Shown: positions 40,658 to 49,805 of the stretch, in pieces
How the letters are laid out: each line of letters begins with the position of its first letter
Position numbering within the stretch: the stretch's first letter is position 1
DNA from: an uncultured virus (IMG/VR IMGVR_UViG_3300032266_000637)
Taxonomy: Duplodnaviria > Heunggongvirae > Uroviricota > Caudoviricetes
Strand: one strand, 5' to 3'
Virus record (IMG/VR): IMGVR_UViG_3300032266_000637
Length of the DNA stretch: 64,000 nt
Notes under the pieces: generated by a model
The model's input: only the letters and a program-made list of their open reading frames with translations
What the model was told of the DNA's origin: nothing
Databases searched by the model: none
Made by a program: the position numbers and the translations under genes

Positions 40658-41150
40658 TTAGGTGAGGTCATGTCCTTTTTGACGAACCATGTGTTTTACC
40701 CATTCTCGAAAAGCAATTCGGTTCTTTTCGGTTTGCTCATCGTTATCATCCCAAACGGCATCAAACAAATGCTCTCCACTTTCTAGAGTGATCTCAATCT
40801 TTTCTAAATTACCATCTTGATCAAATATTTCTTTCTGCCTGGCTTTCATGTATTTCTCCAATATCTATCGTTGGCGTTAGCAAGCATACTGGCAAGCAGT
40901 TCATCTATGGTTTTGAACCACTGAATAACTTTAAGCCCGTTTGCTTGGTAGATGGTAAAGCTCATTCAAAAATTCCATGGGTTCGCTCAATGGCTCGGGC
41001 AAACTCAACATAAAAGGGATGGGAAACACTACCAGCAGCCCATAGATCTGGCATTTCATGGGCTACACGATCATGTATTTCTTTAATTTGTTCTTCGGTT
41101 AACGGGTATTCCCCCGCATGTAATCTGTCTTCTGTGGTGAATGTAGTCAT
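40658..41150 (-). other. small hypothetical CDS (40658-40861, 40962-41150)
   Basis: ORF track, co-oriented with the early operon. Confidence 0.5.
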
Positions 41151-41177
41151 TTCTCTTGTGCCTTTCCAGTTATTAAT

Positions 41178-42503
41178 TCATCCATTTGATTTCTCCACCA
41201 TTTCAATTTGTTGTCCAATCCATTTCATTACTGGTACTGCCATACTGTTACCCATTGCCTTGTAGCGTGGACCATCGGGTGACTCATCTTTCTTTCTCCA
41301 CGGAATGTTAGTGTGGTCATCGGGAAAGCCTTGTAACCGCTCACACTCCACTGGAGTAAGCCTACGCACGGCCATTTGACTAGCCATCGCAGTCTGGTTA
41401 TCACCCATGTTCGCTCTTAATGTTGGTGAGCAATCTTCAACAAACCTAGCTGGGTTGCCTTCACGCTTGGCAATTCCGGGTTCAAATCCATAAGCCACAC
41501 CATGCACACCAGTAGCGTTCAAGGTATACATCGGACCATTTTCTGTGTAGCCAGTTCCGTTACCACCATTTAAGGGTTGTCGTCCGATCGTGTTTTCAGC
41601 CAGAGCAAAAGGCACATTCCCACCACCAGTTCCCCATCGAGAAGTAACAGTGGAACAGATACTACCCAGTTCTTTGACTCGACTATCAGCGGGATGATTT
41701 TCATATACTATTAATCCTCTGCCATCTTTCATATCTTGGTTGCCAAAACCTTTGTAGTCACGAGCCATCAAAGTTCCAATGGTGTCTTTACCATCTGGAG
41801 GGCAAGGGATCAATGTGTTTGTTGTAGGGTCGTGTCTTGTTTTAGTGGAAATAGCATGAGCTATTCTGTTCTCTCCGCCATTGATTTCAGTGCTTGATGT
41901 AGAAGTGGAGGTAGTGTTTTGTTTCTTACTTCCGCTCTTCTTAGAATTCCCGAGCAAGCTTTTTGGCTCAAATAAAACCTTGGATGCACTGGACCAGTCT
42001 CCAAGACATCCAACAACGAACACTCGCCTTCTCCGTTGAGGCACTGCTCCTGCCCCTCCAACGTATTGAGCGTCAAGCACCCGATATGCGAACCCATACC
42101 CGAGTTCGACCAACGCCCCGAGGAAGGCACCAAAGTCCCGTCCTCCGTTGCTACTAAGGACACCTGGCACGTTTTCCCATACGCACCACTTGGGTCTAAA
42201 CTTGTCAAGAATTCCAACATAGGTAAGCATGAGGTTTCCTCTCGGATCTTCCAATCCCTTTCTAAGTCCAGCGACTGAAAATGATTGGCAAGGTGTTCCT
42301 CCAACAAGAAGGTCAATTGAGTCATTTAAGTTCCATTCCTTATATTTAGTCATGTCCCCAACATTAGGGACGTTTGGAAAACGATGTGCTAGTACTGCTG
42401 ATGGGAAGGGTTCAATCTCCGAAAAGGCTACTGGTTGCCACCCCATGTCATGCCAAGCTACTGACGCAGCCTCGACACCACTACAAACAGATAAGTATTT
42501 CAT
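41178..42503 (-). CDS. C5 cytosine DNA methyltransferase
   Basis: LSVCSGVE, GGTPCQSFS, WENVPG, PQRRRRVF, RRLTPVECERLQGFP, MGNS. Confidence 0.93.
   Translation of the reverse strand: MKYLSVCSGVEAASVAWHDMGWQPVAFSEIEPFPSAVLAHRFPNVPNVGDMTKYKEWNLNDSIDLLVGGTPCQSFSVAGLRKGLEDPRGNLMLTYVGILDKFRPKWCVWENVPGVLSSNGGRDFGAFLGALVELGYGFAYRVLDAQYVGGAGAVPQRRRRVFVVGCLGDWSSASKVLFEPKSLLGNSKKSGSKKQNTTSTSTSSTEINGGENRIAHAISTKTRHDPTTNTLIPCPPDGKDTIGTLMARDYKGFGNQDMKDGRGLIVYENHPADSRVKELGSICSTVTSRWGTGGGNVPFALAENTIGRQPLNGGNGTGYTENGPMYTLNATGVHGVAYGFEPGIAKREGNPARFVEDCSPTLRANMGDNQTAMASQMAVRRLTPVECERLQGFPDDHTNIPWRKKDESPDGPRYKAMGNSMAVPVMKWIGQQIEMVEKSNG
41861..42325 (-). CDS. nested alternative-frame ORF resembling the M.EcoHK31I beta polypeptide
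   Basis: 154-aa ATG ORF within the MTase; CSLLDVLETGPVHPRFYLSQKACSGILRRAEVRNKTLPPLL. Confidence 0.55.
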   Translation of the reverse strand: MTQLTFLLEEHLANHFQSLDLERDWKIREETSCLPMLEFLTSLDPSGAYGKTCQVSLVATEDGTLVPSSGRWSNSGMGSHIGCLTLNTLEGQEQCLNGEGECSLLDVLETGPVHPRFYLSQKACSGILRRAEVRNKTLPPLLHQALKSMAERTE

Positions 42504-42504
42504 A

Positions 42505-42852
42505 TTAGTCTTCCTTGAAATATTGGTATAAGTCCACTACATCTTGGCGATCATCGTCCCAGTTATCTTCATCACCATAATCACCACGGGTAGCTCGCAT
42601 TCTATCTTCATGCCTAAACCTTGGTTCAATATCCCACCAAGCTTGGGATGCCTCCAAGTATTCAAACCATTCATCATTCCTAATAAACTGGCAATGATTT
42701 TCGCCAACTAATTGGATACTATCTAAATACTGCCGATGGGGTATGTAAGGTTTCTTAAAGTTACCAGCCGTTTTAACAAGCTTTACTTCATCTCTTGCTC
42801 GGATAAATCGGTTGTATGCTCTTTGTTGCTCTTCGGTTAGATTAAGTTTCAT
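42505..42852 (-). CDS. hypothetical protein
   Basis: 115 aa, overlaps sigma stop; no sigma4 resemblance. Confidence 0.55.
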   Translation of the reverse strand: MKLNLTEEQQRAYNRFIRARDEVKLVKTAGNFKKPYIPHRQYLDSIQLVGENHCQFIRNDEWFEYLEASQAWWDIEPRFRHEDRMRATRGDYGDEDNWDDDRQDVVDLYQYFKED

Positions 42853-43417
42853 ACCCTTCTTCTTTTAAATGATCAGTATCAAAAGCCTCTAAACTAATTG
42901 GTTCTTTGTTTAGTATAGAATTAATATGATCGATACGCTCGGTTTCAATGCCCATCTTATCAGCCAGTTCTTTGTTGCTTGGTTCTCTGCCTAGCTCTTG
43001 AGATAGGATTCTTTCATTGTACTTTATTCTACGCAGTTCTTCAGTAATATTAACTGGCAATCGAATAATGTTTTTAGTATTAGCAACACCTCGATTAACC
43101 TCAGTCAGAATTACTTTTCGTGCATAGGATATAAAGCGGATGTTACCTTGGGGTTTCCACTTCCTAGCAGCCATTATCAAAGCCTCGTTACCAAAGCCCA
43201 ATAAATCTTCCATGTCCACACCAGAGTGATGCCAGGTCGGTGTGTTTTTAATGGTAGTTACTACAAAGCGTAGGTTATGAGTCACCAGTTCTTCAAGTGC
43301 AAGCTCATCGCCTTGGGCAATAAGGTCGGCCAGAGTTCGCTCTTCTTCTCGTGTAAGGGGTTTAATACCATATAACGATCTTACATAATCAGAGAGAGCG
43401 TTCTTCCTAATTTTCAT
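42842..43417 (-). CDS. sigma70-family factor lacking region 4
   Basis: Region 1.2 (YVRSL..IKPLTREEE), 2 (LVTHNLRFVV, MEDLL..GN.AL, RFISYA), 3 (IRLPVN, LSQELGREPS..ELA), stops just after PISLE. Confidence 0.85.
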   Translation of the reverse strand: MKIRKNALSDYVRSLYGIKPLTREEERTLADLIAQGDELALEELVTHNLRFVVTTIKNTPTWHHSGVDMEDLLGFGNEALIMAARKWKPQGNIRFISYARKVILTEVNRGVANTKNIIRLPVNITEELRRIKYNERILSQELGREPSNKELADKMGIETERIDHINSILNKEPISLEAFDTDHLKEEGYET

Positions 43418-43725
43418 TATGTCCTAAGTGTTTTCTTACTTACTACTGGTTGCGGAAAGATAATTTCAAATCGATCCAATGGAGTTCTTCTAAGTATACC
43501 ACTTTTTGGAACAAACACAATGTCGTTGCCTTCGAGATACCAACAAGCCTCGATCACATTATCCTTGGCATCAGTCGCATAAGCTTGCAAGTGTTTTGGA
43601 TTTGTCTTGCAGTCCATATTGTCTAGGATGGTGTATCCACCAATGGTGTTAGGTGTTACGGCAATCGGTCGGGCATATGTTGCATTGCAACATAATAGTG
43701 AGGCTACAATTATTAATTTTTTCAT
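43417..43725 (-). CDS. exported hypothetical protein
   Basis: Signal peptide MKKLIIVASLLCCNATYA. Confidence 0.55.
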   Translation of the reverse strand: MKKLIIVASLLCCNATYARPIAVTPNTIGGYTILDNMDCKTNPKHLQAYATDAKDNVIEACWYLEGNDIVFVPKSGILRRTPLDRFEIIFPQPVVSKKTLRT

Positions 43726-46700
43726 TCTATTATCCTAAATGACCAAGCTATTGGTCGGTCAAAGTTCCAGTTTTGTGCATCCTTCTCACTATGAAAATCC
43801 CAAATCTTGCCATAGCAATCAATGACTACCTTATCGCCAGGTTTTAGATCGTCAATTTTGACAGCCTTGTGACCAGCATTGGGGCAAGCCCATTGTTTTT
43901 TATACGGGTGTTTTAGCATATAAGGTTCTGTGTCAATTAGTGTCCATTCGTTTCTAATCATATTGCCTCCTCATACTGTTCAATAGTAATACCAATTGAG
44001 TCACAAAAATCTGATAACAGATCGCCTCTTTCCATTGCTGATAATAACATATCACCATTGCCAATAAGTTTACGATCCATAAGATATTCTGCGTATCGAT
44101 CTTCCAAACTTTTGGTTGGTGGGTTGACCAGTTTGGTAATAAAGCTTTCTACAAATTGTTGTTCCCAGTTCATAAAACCTCCGTAAATATTAAAGTTAGC
44201 ACAATGCTGCTGAAGATCATACCAAAAATCAAAAACCAATTTACCGCATATAGATTGGTTTGTCCATAAAAGCAAGTCAAAAAGATTAAGCCAAAAATGA
44301 ATGTTAATAGTAAGTTCATACTGCCTCCTCTTCTGAATTCAATAAAATAACATGAGAATCATCGTACACAATCTCGCCAAGAAAAGTATCGGGCATAAGA
44401 TAAGAATCATAATTATTGGCGATCATATAATCATCAGCCTCTTCTTCTGTCATACGTGGTTCTACATGGTCAATGCTATGTACGATCACCATTTCGGTAG
44501 AATCGTACCCTTTAACAAACGCACCATGAGTCATGCGACCAAACCAAACGGCAGTCTTTTTCATACTGTTTCCTCCCACAAATTTAATATATCTTTTCGA
44601 AACTGCTCAGATGTGTAATCACCATTTGCCATTTCAACTAACAAACCAAGCAAAGCCTCTTTACTGTCGTGGTCACTACCGACCCAATGTTGCACCATCA
44701 TTTGATTAATTCTTTTCATATTAGTTCTCCAAGTGGATAGTTAATGTTACTGGGTTGTAAATCTCATTCTCTTCTAACCAGAGATGGCAATCAGAGGCGG
44801 TTTTGAAGTGAATTTGGTGATCCAAAACCTGGCCAGCCTCGGGCTGCTCAGCTTGTTTAATAAACTCTTTGCAACAATTCACTAATATTTCTTGGGCATC
44901 ATCGTAATGGATCTGCCCCTCGTCCCATTGTTCGTGAATGTCATTGACCGAAAAGTGTAAGCTATCGATTGTGTATAAATTCATACTACCTCCTTAAATT
45001 TAACTTCAAATGTACAAAAGTCTTCGTCACATTTTAAACAAGCAAACTGGTAACCCTCGCTTACCTTGTTTGGTTCTTGGGTAAGCAAACCACTACAATG
45101 TTTGCAGAATGGTTTGTAGTTTTTCATTTGATAATGCTCCTATCTCTATAAGGTTTATTTAATTGATACTCGTCACACTCGATGCCATGTTGATCCCCAA
45201 ACATAAACCAATCGGGTTCAAGATTACATTGTTTAGTGTGAATACGCAATGCCTCTAATACTGTTTCAATAGCAGTATCGTCACTTTTACTATATGCCTC
45301 GAATGAGAAATTGCGACTGTCATAATACGCACGATAGATTTTCATGATAGTTTCTCCGTTAAGTTACCCTCGTTCCACATCGCTCTTGCAAAACTGATAA
45401 TGTCATCACTTACTGGGAAATCATAACCCTCGGCATGATGCTCGATTACATCGATGGGGCATTCTGTTTCTGTTGGGAAATTGTCACCCCACAATTCACC
45501 CCATGGTTTGTCGTTGGTTTTTTCTACCCAGTAATCACAAACACCAACTTCCATTGAACGCATTACCATAGCATTCATGCAATCCAAGGACAAGTAACCC
45601 CAATTGGATAGTTCATTACGAACATCCAAAACATTCTTGTTGGGGTTGTTTGCCATATATTCCTTGATATAGCTATCATCTACTTCAAATACCATTTTGA
45701 TTTTCATAACATTCTCCTTGTTGAAGACTCAATATTACTGCCACTACAATAAAAGTAAATAGGTAGAAACCCTGGTCCCGGGACCAGGGATTACCCCTAT
45801 TGATTCTCAAGGCTGCCTTGCACTTCTATTTCTGCGACTCGCCAATCTTTGTGGTTAAAATCTTCTAAGTAACCCATTTCAACTGCTAGTTCACAATCCA
45901 TAATGAAATCTTGCAGTTCAAAGAATGCATCATCTTTAGTATCGTAAAAAACTGGAGGTTCACAAGTGTCCTCCCAGTCACCATTTGCAAGTAAGGTTTG
46001 GATTTGCCATTTTTTCATTTGATCCTCCGCACCCAATGGTTGCCAGTAATGCAAGAAAATTCAGCATAGTCATTAACATCAAGTGATTTCACCATGTCAA
46101 TTTCTACTTCACCATACCCACGATCTTCAGTAAAGAAATCCTCATCGTGGTATGCAAGCATGGATCTATTGTCCGCATCACGATAGCCATCACCCCAAAA
46201 ACATTCAAATAGTTTCATCAAATACTCCATAGTCGTTTTCTACATCCATGATCTGATTGAAATCAAAATCATAGTCCAGTTTGCCACCTACTACTTTCCA
46301 ATCTCCTTGGAAGAATGGGTACGATTCAACATAGCCACCATCTTGGCTATCATCTGCGTCCATATCCAAAAAGATCAATTCACGAACAGTTTCCATACTG
46401 TCACGATCGCCCAGTTTGAGATTTACCCAAACTTCACAATCGTATTTTTGATTAAATATTGCATATGTATTGCTCATCATTTGCTCCCTTTAATTAATAA
46501 TTCAACAAATAATTTAGCATGAGTAGATTGCTCAAATGTAGCTACCCAATACTTTCGTGTTGCCTCTTCGATCCTAAATACTTTCCAAGTAAAATCGGGA
46601 TCTTTTACTATTTCAAAATTCATGCTTTGCTCCCTTGTTTTAGTTAACTACTGACTCCAACAAAAACCACTCTATAGAATGGTTTTTAGTAGGTCAATAA

Positions 46701-47503
46701 TGGTTTACCCTAATCCTGGCCGTGGTATAAAAACAACACTTAGGTTAGGGGTTGATCAATCCCTCATCCAGTAACTGGCGAAGGGTACGCCCAAAAAACC
46801 CTTGTAACCCATAACCTATACGACTGTCATGCAAGTGTTGCCAAGCTTGTAATACTTGCTCTTCACTATCGCATTCGATAAACCCCTCTGCAATTCCAAC
46901 TGCTTGATAGCTATCCATTTATATCCTCCATTTGTTTTAACTGCTCAATTGTGTGAGATTTTAAAAACTTTTTTACTTCATTTTTGGTTTTGAATAAACC
47001 TAGTGTTTTGGGGTTAATTTGATTTTCGTCCATCATCAAATCTATCATTACACAAAAACGATAGTAAGCATCATCGCTAGGGTTATAGCATTCACTTTTA
47101 TTTTTGTTTTTGTAATCGCAATAAACTAGGATATATTCATGCTCCCCTATTTCTTTACCGATACAAGGGCAAGCATCATTTTTATATGAGAAATCAGAAA
47201 AACCCTCAATTACTGGGAGGGTATCGTCATACCTAGGAAATGCATATTCAATTAGTGACATTTTTATGCTCCCTTTAATAAGTTTTTTAATTCTTGCTTT
47301 AATACTTTGGCATCGTTACCCCTAAAGGTTGATGCATTAGCTAAAAAATACATAATGACACTTCGAGCATCATCATAGATATATTTTGAATGAATGTTAT
47401 CTAGATACTCCATTGCATCTAAATATGGTTTAGCTCCGAAATAGGGTTTTGCCCAAACCCGTTTTATATCTCTTGCAATACTACTGATTGATCTTTTTTC
47501 CAT
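43722..47503 (-). other. cluster of small early-type hypothetical CDS
   Basis: Many co-oriented, mostly acidic ORFs of about 45-120 aa with GGAG RBS and ATGA overlaps, incl. 46745-46918 not in track. Confidence 0.65.
46669..46697 (-). promoter_or_regulatory. putative host sigma70 early promoter
   Basis: TTGACC-N17-TAGAGT, preceded by an AGGGTAAACC box. Confidence 0.45.
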
Positions 47504-47578
47504 TTGCTTATGCTCCCTTGTTTACTGGTTAAAAAAGTGTTGCTATACATACATTTTAATAGTTTGCCTAGTATTTTG

Positions 47579-47827
47579 GTAAACTAAAAACCCTAATAGG
47601 GTTAACCCTGATAAATGGGGGGCAAAATGCCTGTTGAGAATGATTATCAATTAAGCATACCCCTAAAATCGATTTAAACGGGTTTTGGAGGGTTTTGATG
47701 GGTTTGCTCATAAGTGCATTGGGAGGGTGTCGATCGTTTAACTGGGGACGATCTGATCGTTAGGGTTTACCCTTACCGGGATGTTGTTTTGCAGCAACAC
47801 TTTGCTTGTCAATAGGTAAAAACCCTG
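47579..47827. repeat. regulatory cassette copy 1 (diverged direct repeat of 48625-48861)
   Basis: Same ordered elements: AGGGTWWACCCT, Fur-like box, GATCGT-N10-ACGATC, AGGGTTTACCCT, TGTTG-N8-CAACA, GTCAATAGGT. Confidence 0.85.
47635..47649. promoter_or_regulatory. Fur box
   Basis: TGAGAAT-G-ATTATCA, one mismatch to the 7-1-7 core TGATAAT-N-ATTATCA. Confidence 0.65.
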
Positions 47828-47862
47828 TGTGTTGTTTTCATACCACGGCCAGGTTTTTAGGT

Positions 47863-47889
47863 AAAAAAAAACCCTCCAATTGGAGGGTT
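47863..47889 (-). terminator. intrinsic terminator after gp88-like gene
   Basis: AACCCTCC-AATT-GGAGGGTT followed by T run on minus strand. Confidence 0.7.
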
Positions 47890-47909
47890 ATAGGGTTTTA
47901 CCTAATTGC

Positions 47910-48548
47910 TTAGTGATATTTATAGGAAATATTAGGAATTGATTTATCCCAACAATTGCGACAATCTAAGCATTTTCCGCCTTGCTTATAACTAGGGCAT
48001 TCTGTGCCAATTGCACTATTAACTAAATGTACTGTGGATGTATTGGAAAATTTTGGAGGGTTACTATCCCTTTTTGTTGCAGATACTCTCACAATTAAAT
48101 TAGTAGGAAAATCCCCAAAAGTATCTTGATATTGCTTTACTAAATTACTCTCTTTAGTGGGTATCCAAAATTTAGTATTAGGGCATTGCTCCGCAACACT
48201 CACAATATTAAGCAAGTGTTGGAATGATTGAATATCTCCGCTATCATGCCATCTAAAATATTGCATTTGTTGCTTATTGATAATAAATACCATAGCGTCA
48301 ATCCATTGTGGATTTGTAAGGGTTTGATATCTCCGCTCATGAGCAATATCTATTGTTTTGGCATAGCGTACATAATTACCCTTAAGAGCGTAACAATTAT
48401 GACAAACTGTACCCTCTATTTTTGCAAGCTTTGATCCAGTATTACAACGCTTTGCTGATATTGAATAGCTAGAACATGGCATTTTAGATGGAGCGGATAA
48501 CCCCCCAACAATTTCTAAAGCTTGTTTAATGGTTTTGATTTGTTGCAT
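47910..48548 (-). CDS. gp88-like protein (Cys-rich, radical-SAM-like)
   Basis: SKMPC, VCHNCYA, YFRWHDSGD, CP.....GKCLDCRNCW; GGAGG RBS. Confidence 0.8.
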   Translation of the reverse strand: MQQIKTIKQALEIVGGLSAPSKMPCSSYSISAKRCNTGSKLAKIEGTVCHNCYALKGNYVRYAKTIDIAHERRYQTLTNPQWIDAMVFIINKQQMQYFRWHDSGDIQSFQHLLNIVSVAEQCPNTKFWIPTKESNLVKQYQDTFGDFPTNLIVRVSATKRDSNPPKFSNTSTVHLVNSAIGTECPSYKQGGKCLDCRNCWDKSIPNISYKYH

Positions 48549-48624
48549 ACATCCTCCAATTGTTTAGTTAATTAGGATATTGCTCACCTAATACTATAAT
48601 TTTAAAGCTTTGTGCAATAAATTA

Positions 48625-48861
48625 GTAAACTAAAAACCCTAATAGGGTAAACCCTAGGTTTTGCCTGTTGATAATCATTCTCATTTGACTATGCCCCTAA
48701 AAACCATTTAAACGGGTTTTGGAGGGTTTTACTGGTTTTGCTTACAAGTGCATTAGAGGGTTAGTGATCGTTTAATATGGCACGATCTGAGACTTAGGGT
48801 TTACCCTAGGCCAGGTGTTGTGTGAATACAACAGTCACTTGTCAATAGGTGTTTACCCTAA
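48625..48861. repeat. regulatory cassette copy 2
   Basis: See copy 1; palindromic elements conserved, spacers diverged. Confidence 0.85.
48669..48683. promoter_or_regulatory. Fur box
   Basis: TGATAAT-C-ATTCTCA, one mismatch to the 7-1-7 core. Confidence 0.65.
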
Positions 48862-49000
48862 TTGCTGTTTAAGTGTCGTATATTTGCAACATGGTCGGTT
48901 TGCCTAAATATTAAGCAGATTAGCCCTATACCTCTCGCACCCGCATAAGTCAATAGGTACATTCCCTGATAGGGTAAACCCTGATTGGGCAATTTGCTTA

Positions 49001-49284
49001 TGCACCAACTTGGTGCTGGTCCAATGCACCAGATTGGTGCGCCTGGTTAGTGAGTACTTACTAACTTGCCCCATTGTTAGCGTCCACTAACTTGCTGCAT
49101 TGCACAACTTACCAATGCACCAGATTGGTGCTGGTCCAAAGTGAGTGAGTGCTTACTTACCAGGTGCACCAGATTGGTGCGCTTGGCAATGTGAGTAAGT
49201 GCTAACTTACCTAATGCACCAAGTTGGTGCGGCCGGTAAGTTAGTGAGTGCTTACTTCAATCAGGTGAGTGAGTACTTACTAAC
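49001..49284. repeat. array of alternating palindromes: 5 NtrC-like and 5-6 SlmA-like sites
   Basis: TGCACCA-N3-TGGTGCK at 49001, 49025, 49116, 49165, 49215; GTKAGTRAGTRCTWACTWAC-type at 49046, 49141, 49191, 49240, 49265. Confidence 0.8.
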
Positions 49285-49468
49285 TTGTCAGGTTAGAGCG
49301 TTGTTATTCTGCAACAAGGCAAAGGGGTGTTGTTTTTGCGCCACACCACCACTTTACGACTCCCTGAGTTTTGGGGCGGGGAGGCTCCAACCAAACCCAA
49401 GGTCTTGTCGATTTCCTATACATGTTTTTTGGATATGTATATTTTTTTTAATTTTTTATACATATTGA

Positions 49469-49805
49469 CTGACTTGTATAGTAATAAGACAGGATACGAT
49501 TTTTATATCGCGGCGCACCATTTTTGCTCTAAGTTTTTGTTTTATAAGGAAAAGTACTGACTTGTATAGTAATAAGGTGACAGGGTACAAAAACGCATCC
49601 TGTCTCCAAAACGCTTGTAAGTTATTGTTCTATAAGGGCTGTATAGTAATAAGACAGGGTATCCATAGTATTTCTTTATTTTTTATTTTTAATTTAAAAA
49701 AATAAAATAACATATACAGCATAAACTTGGAATTACTGTGGATACTATGGATACCCTGCCTCCTTCTATACAAGTTTGTGGATTTAGGGCGCAACTTGTA
49801 TAGAA
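49469..49805. repeat. origin-like element copy B
   Basis: TGTATAGTAATAAG x3; 20-bp inverted repeat (1 mismatch) 49652-49671/49742-49761 around an AT tract; 13-bp inverted repeat 49764-49776/49793-49805. Confidence 0.65.

Noticed and set aside
48778..48792. Sigma54 promoter TGGCACG near the NtrC-like array
   Set aside because: The -12 position reads GA instead of GC, and cassette copy 1 does not keep TGGCAC
49001..49284. CRISPR or mini-CRISPR array
   Set aside because: Intervening segments are themselves a second repeated palindrome, not unique spacers; repeats are only 17-20 bp; no cas operon
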